Source: an uncultured Clostridium sp. (GTDB lineage: Bacteria > Bacillota > Clostridia > TANB77 > CAG-508). From it: a DNA stretch of 64,000 nucleotides. Under the pieces are notes generated by a model. That model was not told the origin of the DNA and did not search any database. It worked only from the letters and a program-made list of their open reading frames with translations. Numbering within the stretch: the first letter of the stretch is position 1; each line of letters starts with the position of its first letter. Of this stretch, positions 18,588-29,218 are shown piece by piece. The DNA lies in NCBI GenBank assembly GCA_945919455.1, contig CAMEJH010000003.1:807-64806 (forward strand), written 5' to 3'. Made by a program: the position numbers and the translations under genes.

Positions 18588-20939
18588 TTATTTTATTTTC
18601 AAATTAACAACAGTAACTCCCGTTTCGCCTTCGCCAAAAGTACCAAGTCTAAAAGAATCTACAAGCTTATTTGTTTTTAAAAATTTATGAATGCCATTGC
18701 GTAATGCACCAGTGCCTTTACCATGAACAATACGAACAGGGGAAAGTTTTGCCATAAAACAATCATCTAAATATTTATCAACAATTGGAATTGCTTCGTC
18801 AACGGTTAAACCTAAAAGATTAATTTCAGGGCTAACTGATTGAGATTTTAAAGAAGAACGCTTTGTATAAGCATAATCTTGTTTATTAGATGAATGCTTA
18901 GCTTCTTGCAAATATTTAATATTAACATTCATTTTCATAGCTCCAATTTGAACTTGAACAGTGTTATCTTTTGAAATGTTAGAAAGAACAACACCATCAG
19001 CATTTAAATTAGAAACAAAAACATTTAAATTAGGTTTAATATTTTCTCTAGGAATTGAATGACTAACTTGTACATCTTCTATATTAGTTTTTACAGAAGC
19101 AATTTGTTCATTCAATTTATTTCTAAGTTTATTAGCTTGAGACATAGAAGATGAAGAGTTTAGCTCTTTTATAATTGAATTTGCGGTTTCTTTTGCATCA
19201 ATAAGAATTTGCTTAGCTTCTTGCTTTGCATTTGCAATTAATTCTTTTTCTTTATTTAGAACATCAGAAGTTTGATGCTTTAGATTTTTCTTTAATTCTT
19301 CAGCTTCTTTTAAGGCTGCAGATGTTTTTTCTTTTTCATTTTCAATTTGTGCTTGAGTATCATAAATGCTTTTTAACAAGTCTTCAAAATTAATAGTGTC
19401 TTTATCAAGTCTAGAAGAAGCTCGAGCGATAATATCTTCACTTAAACCAAGTTTTCTGCTAATAGCAAAAGCATTGCTTTTTCCTGGAATTCCTATTAAA
19501 AGTCTGTAAGTTGGTTTTAAATTTTCAATATCAAATTCAACACTAGCATTTTTAAAATTAGGAGTAACTAGTGCATATTTTTTTAATTCTTGATAATGAG
19601 AAGTAGAAACAGTTATAGCGCCTAATTCTGAAAAATATTGTAAAATGCTAATTGCAAGATTAGCACCTTCAAGAGGATCTGTTCCAGAACCTAGCTCATC
19701 AAGAAGAATAAGACTTTCTTTAGTTGCTGTATGAGTAATATTTATAATGTTACTCATATGAGAAGAAAAAGTACTTAAAGACTCACTAATACTTTGTTCA
19801 TCACCAATATCTGCAAATATATGGTCAAAAACATAAATACTAGAATGTTCATCTGCTGGAATGTTCAAACCACTGCAAGCCATTGCAGTTAAAAGCCCAA
19901 TAGTTTTTAGTGTTACTGTTTTTCCACCAGTATTAGGACCAGTAATTACCAAACTAGAAAAATCTTTTCCTAATTCTAATGAAATTGGAATAACAACAGA
20001 TTGATCAATAAGGGGATGTCTTGCATTTTTTAAAACTACTAATTTATCATCATTTATTTCTGGTGTACTACAATTATAATCTAAAGAAAAATGAGCTTTT
20101 GCAAAAATAAAGTCAAGTTTTCCTATAATTTCTACATTATTTTTTAATTCTTTTGTATATGGATATAATAAACCACTTAAATTTTGTAAAATTCTTTCTA
20201 TTTCTAAACTTTCTTCGATATGTAAATTAGAAAGTTCATTATTTAAATCAAAAACAGCAATAGGCTCAATAAAAATAGTAGAACCACTGCTAGAAACATC
20301 ATGTACAAACCCTTTAATATTTCCGCGATATTCTTCTTTAACAGGTATTACAAAACGACCATTACGAATTGTAACAATATTTTCTCTAATATATTTTGAA
20401 TAAGTAGAAGAATGCAATATAACATTAAGCTTAGAACGAATATCTTGTTCAATTTTTCTTTGTCTTCTACGAATATCTTGTAATTTGCTAGAAGCAGAAT
20501 CTGCAATAGTTTCTTCATCAAGAATAGATTTCATAAAAATTGAAAGCATACTTGGATTTACATATAAATCAGTAAAGTAATGTTCAACAGCAGAAAAATC
20601 TGATGAAGTAAGATAATCTTTTTCAAAATAGTCTTTCAAATCAGAAGACATTTGTAAAATATTTTGTAACTCTAATAGAGCCTTAATACTTAATGTACCA
20701 CATCCATCTAGAGTTTTTAAATAAACTGTTATATCTGCAATTTCACCTAAAGGTGGTGTACTATTTCTTTGAATAAGTACAACACCTTGGCTTGTTTCGT
20801 CAAGCATTTTTTGAACTTCTAATTTATCTTGTGATGGACGAAGCTCAAGAGCATATTTTTTTCCAATATAAGTTTTACAATAGCTTGAAATTTTTTCTAA
20901 AATTATATTATATTCTAATTTGTTTAAATTATTATTCAT
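18588..20939 (-). CDS. mutS2: Endonuclease MutS2
   Basis: MutS ATPase Walker A GPNTGGKT, DELGSGTD, and a C-terminal Smr domain (VRIVHGKGTGALR). RBS ggagg supports the start at 20939 rather than 20957. Confidence 0.9.
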   Translation of the reverse strand: MNNNLNKLEYNIILEKISSYCKTYIGKKYALELRPSQDKLEVQKMLDETSQGVVLIQRNSTPPLGEIADITVYLKTLDGCGTLSIKALLELQNILQMSSDLKDYFEKDYLTSSDFSAVEHYFTDLYVNPSMLSIFMKSILDEETIADSASSKLQDIRRRQRKIEQDIRSKLNVILHSSTYSKYIRENIVTIRNGRFVIPVKEEYRGNIKGFVHDVSSSGSTIFIEPIAVFDLNNELSNLHIEESLEIERILQNLSGLLYPYTKELKNNVEIIGKLDFIFAKAHFSLDYNCSTPEINDDKLVVLKNARHPLIDQSVVIPISLELGKDFSSLVITGPNTGGKTVTLKTIGLLTAMACSGLNIPADEHSSIYVFDHIFADIGDEQSISESLSTFSSHMSNIINITHTATKESLILLDELGSGTDPLEGANLAISILQYFSELGAITVSTSHYQELKKYALVTPNFKNASVEFDIENLKPTYRLLIGIPGKSNAFAISRKLGLSEDIIARASSRLDKDTINFEDLLKSIYDTQAQIENEKEKTSAALKEAEELKKNLKHQTSDVLNKEKELIANAKQEAKQILIDAKETANSIIKELNSSSSMSQANKLRNKLNEQIASVKTNIEDVQVSHSIPRENIKPNLNVFVSNLNADGVVLSNISKDNTVQVQIGAMKMNVNIKYLQEAKHSSNKQDYAYTKRSSLKSQSVSPEINLLGLTVDEAIPIVDKYLDDCFMAKLSPVRIVHGKGTGALRNGIHKFLKTNKLVDSFRLGTFGEGETGVTVVNLKIK

Positions 20940-21060
20940 TTTAACCTCCGAACACATATATTATGCCACAAAAATGCTTAAAATTCAATATATTTGCTTT
21001 TTTAGCAAAAATATATTATAATAAATATATTACTTTTTGAATAAAAGGGGGACAAAGAAA

Positions 21061-21348
21061 ATGTTATTTTCTTTGGATGAGTTAGAAAAAATCTTTCCGG
21101 GTAACACATACAAACAGAACAGACAAATTCTAAGAGAAATCCGGCTTATCAAAAAAGCATACAGAAAGCAAAAAGGTTTTTTAAAATCCCTTAAGCTTAC
21201 AAGGAAAAAAATTTTACGAAAGTTTTCTTTTTACGAATATGATTGCTTCTGCATGTTTCAGAGGCAAGACACAATGGAAAATTGGAATGAGTTTGTGTCT
21301 ATTTGTACTGAAAAAAGAGGGGCTGAATTTTTGGAGATTTATATCTAA
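21061..21348 (+). CDS. Small hypothetical protein
   Basis: ORF with RBS aaggggga upstream of the ATG at 21061. No motif recognised. Followed by a hairpin. Confidence 0.4.
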   Translation: MLFSLDELEKIFPGNTYKQNRQILREIRLIKKAYRKQKGFLKSLKLTRKKILRKFSFYEYDCFCMFQRQDTMENWNEFVSICTEKRGAEFLEIYI

Positions 21349-21350
21349 CA

Positions 21351-21382
21351 GCAAAGAGCTAGTCGAAAGGCTAGCTCTTTTG
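21351..21382 (+). terminator. Stem-loop downstream of the 21061 ORF
   Basis: gcaaagagctag pairs with ctagctctttgc across an 8-nt loop. There is no clean T-run after the stem. Confidence 0.45.
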
Positions 21383-21497
21383 CTATATAAATAAACATTT
21401 TTACAAAAGTTCAAGTAAAAACTTGCCAAAACTGAGAAATAAAGTTATAATATAAATATACTAGAAAATAAAAACAAAATAGAGAGGAGCGATTTTT

Positions 21498-22022
21498 ATG
21501 AAAATAAAAATAACAGGAAAGGAACTAAAGGTAACAGATGCAATTAACGATTATGTAGAAAGAAAAATGGAAAGAGTTGAAAAATACTTTGAAGATGCAG
21601 AAGCAGATGTAACAATAAGAACAGAAAGAAATGCTCAAATTGCAGAAATGAGAGTATCAGCAAATGGAGAAATTTATAGAGCAGTAGCAGAAGAAAAAGA
21701 TTTATATGCATCTATAGATAAAGATCTAGATATATTAGAAGGACAAATTAGAAAAGCAAAAACTAAAAAAGAAAGAATGTTAAAAGATTCAACATTAAAA
21801 GTACTAGAAGTTGAAGATGCAAAACATGAAGTAACAGATGAAATACTAAAAGTAGAATATTATGAAATAAAGCCAATGACACCAGAAGATGCAAAACTAA
21901 AATTACAAGAAAGACCAACACAACTTTTCTTAACATTTGTTAATGTAGAAACAGGAAAAGTAAATGTTATACATAAATTAAAAGATGGAAAAAATTATGG
22001 TTTAATAGAACCAGAAGCATAG
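21498..22022 (+). CDS. hpf: Ribosome hibernation promoting factor, long form
   Basis: MKIKITGKELKVTDAINDYVERKMERVEKYF N-terminal S30AE domain plus a C-terminal dimerisation domain (EIKPMTPEDA...FVNVETGKVNVIHKLKDGNYGLIEP-like). RBS agaggag. Confidence 0.9.
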   Translation: MKIKITGKELKVTDAINDYVERKMERVEKYFEDAEADVTIRTERNAQIAEMRVSANGEIYRAVAEEKDLYASIDKDLDILEGQIRKAKTKKERMLKDSTLKVLEVEDAKHEVTDEILKVEYYEIKPMTPEDAKLKLQERPTQLFLTFVNVETGKVNVIHKLKDGKNYGLIEPEA

Positions 22023-22028
22023 AAGTAA

Positions 22029-22058
22029 TTAAGCCTTGGACAAAGTCTAAGGCTTTTA
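22029..22058 (+). terminator. Rho-independent terminator
   Basis: aagcctt pairs with aaggctt, followed by TTT. Confidence 0.65.
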
Positions 22059-22165
22059 TGTTGCCAAAAAAAAGAAAAGTTACAAAAAATTACTAGTATA
22101 AAAAACTAAAAAAACTAATAAAAACTATTGCAAATTTTTTTTAGTAAATATATAATGAACAAGAA

Positions 22166-22654
22166 ATGAAAAATTTAGACACAAAAAAACAAATAAAAAT
22201 ATTTAAAATATTATTAATTTTAATATGGATGATAGTAATATTTATGTTTTCTAATGAAAAGGGTGCTAAGTCAACTAGCACTAGTAGAAAAGTAACAGAA
22301 GCTATAGTACAAACTGTATCCAGTAAAAGCATAGAGGAAAATGAACCAATAATAGTTAGTTTAGACAAAGTAATAAGAAAACTAGCACATTACACAATTT
22401 ATACTATTGGAGGAATTGTAATTTTTAACTATGCTAAAACAACAGAAAAGACTAAAAAAGAAAAGATACTATATAGTATAGCTTTTGGGGCATGCTATGC
22501 GATTACAGATGAAATACATCAATTTTTTGTATCTGGAAGGAGTGCAAGAATTTTTGACGTAGGTATAGACACTTTAGGAGTAATTACAGGAATATTAATA
22601 TATCTTGCAATTATGAAAATTATTGAGACAACAAAATTAAAGATACAAGAGTAA
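22166..22654 (+). CDS. VanZ family membrane protein
   Basis: Four TM segments. Motifs KLAHYTIYTIGG and DEIHQFFVSGRSARIFDVGIDTLG are typical of VanZ-like proteins. Confidence 0.8.
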   Translation: MKNLDTKKQIKIFKILLILIWMIVIFMFSNEKGAKSTSTSRKVTEAIVQTVSSKSIEENEPIIVSLDKVIRKLAHYTIYTIGGIVIFNYAKTTEKTKKEKILYSIAFGACYAITDEIHQFFVSGRSARIFDVGIDTLGVITGILIYLAIMKIIETTKLKIQE

Positions 22655-22676
22655 AATTACAAGGGGGAAAACAAAA

Positions 22677-23375
22677 GTGAATATTAACGTGACTAATGAG
22701 AATGTTATTGATAATATTTCAATTTTAAAATTACCTGCAAAAGGATATAGAGAACTTTTAGGAAAAAATATACCATATAAATTTGTTAAAAGAACAACAG
22801 ATGTTACATTGTCTACTATTGCAATGGTAGTGCTATTACCAGTTTTTGCAATAATAGCATTAGCAATTAAATTAGAATCAAAAGGACCAGTATTTTTTAA
22901 ACATACACGTATTGGTAAAGATGGTAAAATAATTAAAATTTACAAATTTAGGTCAATGGTTGATAATGCAGAAGATTTAATAAAGAATTTTACACCAGAG
23001 CAAATGAAAGAATACAAAGAAAATTATAAATTATCAAATGATCCAAGAGTTACAAAAGTAGGTAAATTTTTAAGAAAAACTAGCTTGGACGAATTACCTC
23101 AACTTATTAATATTATAAAAGGGGATTTATCTATTATTGGTCCTAGACCAGTTGTTGCAGAAGAATTAAAAAAATATGGAGCTAATATTGAAAAGTTTTT
23201 GAGTGCAACTCCTGGACTAACAGGTTATTGGGCTGCTAATGGTAGAAGTTGTACAAGCTATGAACAAAGAATGCAAATGGAATTGTTCTATATTGATAAT
23301 ATGTCTTTAAAAATGGATCTTAAAGTGTTTTTTAAGACTATAGATGCAGTTGTGAAGAAAAGGGGCGCAATATAA
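22677..23375 (+). CDS. Undecaprenyl-phosphate sugar phosphotransferase (small bacterial sugar transferase, initiating enzyme)
   Basis: GTG start with RBS aaggggga. One TM followed by GPVFFKHTRIGKDGKIIKIYKFRSM, DELPQLINIIKGDLSIIGPRP and TPGLTGYW. Confidence 0.85.
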   Translation: MNINVTNENVIDNISILKLPAKGYRELLGKNIPYKFVKRTTDVTLSTIAMVVLLPVFAIIALAIKLESKGPVFFKHTRIGKDGKIIKIYKFRSMVDNAEDLIKNFTPEQMKEYKENYKLSNDPRVTKVGKFLRKTSLDELPQLINIIKGDLSIIGPRPVVAEELKKYGANIEKFLSATPGLTGYWAANGRSCTSYEQRMQMELFYIDNMSLKMDLKVFFKTIDAVVKKRGAI

Positions 23376-23948
23376 TTAAACAATCCATTATTATATTAGC
23401 ATATAATAATAAGATGTTTTTTAGAAAGAGAAAAACTAATGCTAATAAGGGGTAAAACGTTATTCCATAATTGTAAAAGAATAAAAATGAAAAATGTTTC
23501 GAAATGTATAAATTTAGCATAATACTACTAAATATTGATGAAAAATATTAAACTATTGCAGAATGATGAAAAGGTTAGAAAAGAATGAAACGAAACTAGA
23601 AGAATAATAGAAAATATTAAAATTACAAAAAGCGGAAGTTTTTAAGAAAAAAAGTTTTAGCTAGATGAAGTGCTTCAGCTTTTATGTATTTTTATGGACA
23701 AATAACTCCGGTGTTTCTAACTATGTTGTAGATTATGAAATTGAAAAATATGAGACTTACTAGAAGAAACACTTTCCTATTAAACTAGGAATTATAGGAC
23801 ATCGGGGCAAAAGGTATAAGTGATGCTACTCATTAAGAAATAGGTTTGGGAAAATATAAGTATGTAAGAGAATTTACACTAGGAAAGGATATCAAATCTT
23901 ATTAAAAAATGTTATTATAATTTTGAATAAAGAGGGAGCTGTTTAATT

Positions 23949-25097
23949 ATGGAAAAAGAGCCAATTAGGATTGCTCAAATAATGGGAAAATGGCTTGGAG
24001 GGGGAGTAGAGTCAGTAGTAATGAATTATTATAGACATATAGACAAAAATAAAATACAATTTGATTTTATATGTGATGATGATTCAACTAATATTCCTTA
24101 TGAAGAAATAGAAAGAATGGGTGGAAACATTATATTAATTCCTCCATATCAAAAATTTTTAAAATATCATAAAGAATTAAAAAAAGTTTTAAAAGATGGT
24201 AAATATAAAATAGTGCATTCACATATTAATACATTGTCTGTTTTTAGTTTGTTTGCTGCAAAATGTGCAGGAGTTCCTATTAGAATAGCACATTCTCATA
24301 GTACGACAAATAAAAGAGAAAAAAAGAAAAATCTAATGAAACAAATATTAAGATTATTTGCAAAAGTATTTGCTACAGACTATATGTGTTGCTCTGAATT
24401 AGCAGGAAGATGGCTTTTTGGAAATAAACAATTTGAAAAAGGGAATGTTTACATTCTTAATGATGCTATAGATTTGAAAAAATTTAAATTTGATGAACAA
24501 ATTAGAATAAATGTGAGAAAAGAATTAAATATTTCAAATGATACTTATGTGATTGGTCATGCTGGAAGATTTGTTGAACAGAAAAATCATAATTTTTTAC
24601 TAGATATTTTCGAAAAATTAGTTTTAAAAGAAAAAAATGTCATGTTAATGCTTATTGGGCAAGGTCCATTAGAAGAAAATATACACACGAAAGTAAAAAA
24701 ATTAGGTTTAGAAAAAAAAGTTATATTTTTAGGACAAAGAGATGATATAAATGATTTGTATCAGTCAATGGATGTTTTTGTATTTCCTAGTATTTATGAA
24801 GGCTTAGGAATGGTGGCAGTAGAGGCACAAGTTAATGGATTGAGTGTTGTTTGTTCGACCAATGTTCCGAAGGAAGCAATGATTTCAGATAAAATGACTT
24901 TTTTAAGTTTAAATGAAAATGAAAAATGGGTAAATGAGTTGGAAAAACAAATGAACAATAGGAAAGCTATACCTCAATTTAATAAAGAATTATATAAATA
25001 TGATATAGAAAGGCAATGTAAAAGCCTTGAGAAGAAATATTTGGAGATGATAATAAATGAAAAAAACATTAAAAGATTTGAGATTAAGAATAAATAA
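23949..25097 (+). CDS. Glycosyltransferase, GT4 (GT-B, EpsF-like)
   Basis: IGHAGRFVEQKNH and the E-x7-E region FPSIYEGLGMVAVEAQVNG. RBS agagggag. Confidence 0.8.
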   Translation: MEKEPIRIAQIMGKWLGGGVESVVMNYYRHIDKNKIQFDFICDDDSTNIPYEEIERMGGNIILIPPYQKFLKYHKELKKVLKDGKYKIVHSHINTLSVFSLFAAKCAGVPIRIAHSHSTTNKREKKKNLMKQILRLFAKVFATDYMCCSELAGRWLFGNKQFEKGNVYILNDAIDLKKFKFDEQIRINVRKELNISNDTYVIGHAGRFVEQKNHNFLLDIFEKLVLKEKNVMLMLIGQGPLEENIHTKVKKLGLEKKVIFLGQRDDINDLYQSMDVFVFPSIYEGLGMVAVEAQVNGLSVVCSTNVPKEAMISDKMTFLSLNENEKWVNELEKQMNNRKAIPQFNKELYKYDIERQCKSLEKKYLEMIINEKNIKRFEIKNK

Positions 25098-25686
25098 AAT
25101 TGGAGCAAAAAGTAGATACAAAAAATTAAAAATTAAAAATCCAACAATAATTTCAAACAATTGTTGGGCGGGAATAGTTTCACAGTATTTGGGTATAAAG
25201 TATTATACACCTACAGTTGGGCTATATTTCTATGCTGATGAGTATATTAAGTTTTTATCAGATTTTAAAAGTTATATAAAAAAACCATTAAATTTTATAA
25301 AAACAGAAAACTCAAAGCACTATAATGAAATGATTAGTAAACATCATGACAATGCAATTGTTGGAATATTAGGAGATGTGGAAATAGTTTTTTTACATTA
25401 TAAAGACAAGAAAGAAATTTTAGAAAAATGGAGAAGGAGGGTAGAAAGAATAAATTATAATTGTATTATATTTAAGTTCTGCAATCAAAATTCATGTACA
25501 GATGAATTAATAAAGAAATTTGATGAATTACCATTAGAAAATAAAATTTGTTTTTCTTCTAAAGAATATAAAAATTTAAAAAGTGTCATATGGATTAAAG
25601 AAGATAATGGAAAAAAAGAGGTAGAGAGAGATTATTATAAATCTCATAAATATTTTAATATAATTAATTACATTAATAGTTTATGA
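25057..25686 (+). CDS. DUF1919-family exopolysaccharide biosynthesis protein
   Basis: IISNNCWAGIVSQYLGIKYYTPTVGLYF matches the characteristic DUF1919 N-terminus. It overlaps the upstream gene by 41 nt. Confidence 0.65.
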   Translation: MKKTLKDLRLRINKIGAKSRYKKLKIKNPTIISNNCWAGIVSQYLGIKYYTPTVGLYFYADEYIKFLSDFKSYIKKPLNFIKTENSKHYNEMISKHHDNAIVGILGDVEIVFLHYKDKKEILEKWRRRVERINYNCIIFKFCNQNSCTDELIKKFDELPLENKICFSSKEYKNLKSVIWIKEDNGKKEVERDYYKSHKYFNIINYINSL

Positions 25687-26819
25687 AAAAACTAAAAAAG
25701 CAGGTGATTTTATTGATAAAAGTATTGCAAATTGGAGCAACTAATAATCTTGGGGGGATTGAAAATTATTTGATTAATTATTATAGAAATATTGATAAAG
25801 AATTGGTAATGATGGATTTTGTTAATATGTACGATAAAATATGTTTTCAAGATGAAATTTTAGGTAATGGCTCAAAAATATACAATATTGTTGATTATAA
25901 GAAGAGACCATTTAAATATATTCGTGAATTAAAAAAAATTCTTATAGATGGTGAATATGATGTTTTACATTTTAATATGAATTCTGCTATTTTTCTACAA
26001 CCGTTAATTGCTGCAAAAATCGCTAAGATACCAGTTATAATTGCGCATTCACATAATTCTTCAAGCGATAAGGGTTTTTTAAAAGAATTATTACATAGAA
26101 TAATGAAAAAATTTATACCTATATTTTCAAATACATTTTTTGCATGTTCAGATTATGCAGGAAATTGGTTTTTTTCAAAAAAAATTCTTAGGAGTAATAA
26201 CTTTTATATTATAAATAATGCAATTGAAACCCAAAAATTTGAGTTTAATGAAGAAATAAGAGAAAAGATGAGAAAAGAATTTAACATTGATAATGATGAA
26301 ATTGTTATTGGACATATTGGGAGATTTAATAAACAAAAGAATCACGAATTTTTAATTAAATCTTTTAAAATAGCTTTAGAATCAAATCTTAAATTAAAAT
26401 TGATTTTAGTTGGTACAGGACCATTAAAGGAAAAAATTGAAAGTTTGGTAAAAAAAATGAATATTACTGATAATGTTATATTTTTAGGACAACGAAATGA
26501 TGTCTGTAATTGCTATCAAGTATTTGATATTTTTGCATTGCCTAGTTTATATGAAGGATTACCGTTAGTTGGAATTGAGGCACAAGCATCAGGATGCCGA
26601 TGCTTATTTAGCGATAGGATAACTGCTAAGCTAAAAATAACAGATACAGTAAAATATTTAAGCATTGATAGTTATGACGAATGGGTAAGAGAGTTTATTA
26701 ATGAAAAAATTAACTTAAAAAAAAGAAAGTCTGTAAATTTATCAAATTATGATATTAAGACAAATGTAAGAAGAATTTGTGAAATATATTCTTCAAAGTT
26801 AACGGAAGGAAAAAAGTGA
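25683..26819 (+). CDS. Glycosyltransferase, GT4 (paralogue of 23949..25097)
   Basis: IGHIGRFNKQKNH and LPSLYEGLPLVGIEAQASG. It overlaps the upstream stop (ATGA). Confidence 0.8.
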   Translation: MKKLKKQVILLIKVLQIGATNNLGGIENYLINYYRNIDKELVMMDFVNMYDKICFQDEILGNGSKIYNIVDYKKRPFKYIRELKKILIDGEYDVLHFNMNSAIFLQPLIAAKIAKIPVIIAHSHNSSSDKGFLKELLHRIMKKFIPIFSNTFFACSDYAGNWFFSKKILRSNNFYIINNAIETQKFEFNEEIREKMRKEFNIDNDEIVIGHIGRFNKQKNHEFLIKSFKIALESNLKLKLILVGTGPLKEKIESLVKKMNITDNVIFLGQRNDVCNCYQVFDIFALPSLYEGLPLVGIEAQASGCRCLFSDRITAKLKITDTVKYLSIDSYDEWVREFINEKINLKKRKSVNLSNYDIKTNVRRICEIYSSKLTEGKK

Positions 26820-26820
26820 T

Positions 26821-28041
26821 ATGAAAGTAAAAAAAGAAGAAAGAATATCTTTAGATGCGTGTATATTTGCACTAAGCTTTTGGTTAATTTTTATTACAAT
26901 AGAAGGAAGTTTTTCTATTCAGATATTATTACCATTTTTAATAATTACTATGTTTTATAATATTATTATAAGAAGAGATTATACTTTAAAAATTAATAAA
27001 GAAAGTAAAATATTATTTATTTTTATTCTTTCACTTATTTTTTCTACAGTAGTAAACTTATTTAAGAATACAAGCTATATTGGATTTGACACAATAATTG
27101 GAGTCTTATATTTTATTGTAATTTTTTTGTGGTATTGGTTTAATACGAATAAAAAGTATAATTCTTTAGAAATTCAAATGATGACTAATTCATATATTTG
27201 GATGAGTGTAGTATGTAGTGTGTTTTTAATTTTGAGATTTCTTAAAGGACAAACTGGAAAAATAGCAATGATTAATCTTATTAATGTTGAAATTGACGAA
27301 AATTATGTTAGTGCTTTAATTGCATTAGCAACAATGTATATATTTAATAAAATATTAAATAAAAAAAGTGATTTTAAAGAAAAAGGTATTAGTATTTGCT
27401 TAATTATGATAAATTCTTTGGCGATAGCATTATCTGGATCAAGGGCAGCATTGATTGCGACGATAATAGCAATGATATTGGCATTTTTATTTTCATTTTA
27501 TAAAGATTTGAATTTTAAGAAACTTGTTAAGATTGCTATGGTAATTATCATAGCAATATGTATTGGAAGAAAAATATTAGATTATATTCCTGCTTGGACT
27601 TATAACAGATATTTTAATAGTAATTATGCTGATAATAGTAATAATACGAGAATATTATTGTGGAAAAATGGGATAGACGGTATTTTTAACAGTCCGATAT
27701 TTGGTTATAGCATTCGTGTATTTGATAAATTACCAGAGTATTCTTATATTAATGGATTCAAAATTCCAGCTAGAGTGCCTGCGCATCAAACATATTTAGA
27801 TTTATTACTATATACAGGGATTCTAGGATTTATTCCCTTTATGATTTTTTTATGTATGATTTTTAAAAAATTTTTAAAAAATAAAAATAAAATATATATA
27901 CCAATGATATTTGTTTTGATTTTTATTACAAATATCATAGGAGCTGAGAAAAGTGTGTTTTTGTGGAATAATTTGATTTTACTCACAATTATTGGAGATT
28001 ACTTATTAAAAGACGAAAGCAATATAGATGATATTTTATAG
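26821..28041 (+). CDS. O-antigen/EPS polymerase (Wzy-like, O-antigen ligase family)
   Basis: Roughly 10-12 predicted TM helices with a larger loop (NNTRILLWKNGIDGIFNSPIFGYS) resembling the Wzy_C motif region. Its position in the polysaccharide locus fits. Confidence 0.65.
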   Translation: MKVKKEERISLDACIFALSFWLIFITIEGSFSIQILLPFLIITMFYNIIIRRDYTLKINKESKILFIFILSLIFSTVVNLFKNTSYIGFDTIIGVLYFIVIFLWYWFNTNKKYNSLEIQMMTNSYIWMSVVCSVFLILRFLKGQTGKIAMINLINVEIDENYVSALIALATMYIFNKILNKKSDFKEKGISICLIMINSLAIALSGSRAALIATIIAMILAFLFSFYKDLNFKKLVKIAMVIIIAICIGRKILDYIPAWTYNRYFNSNYADNSNNTRILLWKNGIDGIFNSPIFGYSIRVFDKLPEYSYINGFKIPARVPAHQTYLDLLLYTGILGFIPFMIFLCMIFKKFLKNKNKIYIPMIFVLIFITNIIGAEKSVFLWNNLILLTIIGDYLLKDESNIDDIL

Positions 28042-28058
28042 GAAATGTAGGGGATTAA

Positions 28059-29216
28059 ATGAAAAAATATATAGAAAAGGTTATAGTAAAATTAAATTTA
28101 GTTAATATTATTGCAATTTTTTATTACATTTTTAGAATTTTTAAAATAAAAAACAACAAGGTGTTTTGTCAAAATTTTACAAGTGGAAAAGGTGTTGGGG
28201 ATAGTCCTAAATATATTGCAATGTATTTATTAAATAATACAAAAAATAAATACGACATAGTTTGGGCTGTAAAAAAAATAGATTATAAAAATGTGCCTGT
28301 AGGTATAAGACTAGTAAAAATCTATAGTTTTAGATATTTCTATGAAATGGCAACATCTAAAATATGGATTTCAAACACTAGGTTTGAATTATTTACTAGA
28401 AAGAGAAAGAATCAATATTATATACAAACATGGCATAGTCCGTTAAGACTTAAAAAAATTGAAAAAGATGCTTATGATTATTTGAGTGATTATTATAAAA
28501 AATGTATGGTAAATGATTCAAAATTAATAGATGTAATATTAAGTGGATGCGATTTTAGTACTAACATTTATAAAAATTCATTTGAGTATTATGGTAAAAT
28601 TCTTGAAATAGGTACACCTAGATGTGATGTGTTTTTTGATAACATTGCGAATCAAAAAAAATTAAAAAAGATAAAAGAAGAATACAATTTAAACGAAAAA
28701 AAAATTATGCTTTATGCACCGACATTTAGAAAAAGGGCGTTAGACAATAAATATTTAATGGATTTCAAGCTAATATATGAAAAATTTGGAGATAATTATA
28801 ACATTCTAGTAAGGTCACACCCAAGCGCAAAAATTGACTTTACGCCTTATTCTGGAATAATAGATGTAAGTGATTATCCAGATATGCAAGATTTGCTATG
28901 CTGTGCAGATATTTTAATAACAGATTATTCAAGTTGCTGTTTTGATATGTTAATTGCGAATAAGCCATGTTATTTATTAATAAAAGATGTCGATAACTAT
29001 TTAAGTTCAGAAAGAGATTTGTATTTTAAGCTTGAAGAGTTACCTTTTGTTATTTGTAGGGATGAAAATAAATTAGTTGAAGAAATAAATAATTTTAATA
29101 TTGAAAAATATAATGAAGAAGTTTTCAAATTTAAAGAGAAAATAGGACTTTTTGAAGAAGGGAAAGCATGTATGAAAATTTGTGAAATTATTGATACAAA
29201 ATGTTTTGGTGATTAA
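28059..29216 (+). CDS. CDP-glycerol glycerophosphotransferase (TagB/TagF family)
   Basis: YAPTFR, VRSHP and ILITDYSSCCFD motifs. tagD lies nearby. Confidence 0.75.
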   Translation: MKKYIEKVIVKLNLVNIIAIFYYIFRIFKIKNNKVFCQNFTSGKGVGDSPKYIAMYLLNNTKNKYDIVWAVKKIDYKNVPVGIRLVKIYSFRYFYEMATSKIWISNTRFELFTRKRKNQYYIQTWHSPLRLKKIEKDAYDYLSDYYKKCMVNDSKLIDVILSGCDFSTNIYKNSFEYYGKILEIGTPRCDVFFDNIANQKKLKKIKEEYNLNEKKIMLYAPTFRKRALDNKYLMDFKLIYEKFGDNYNILVRSHPSAKIDFTPYSGIIDVSDYPDMQDLLCCADILITDYSSCCFDMLIANKPCYLLIKDVDNYLSSERDLYFKLEELPFVICRDENKLVEEINNFNIEKYNEEVFKFKEKIGLFEEGKACMKICEIIDTKCFGD

Positions 29217-29218
29217 AA

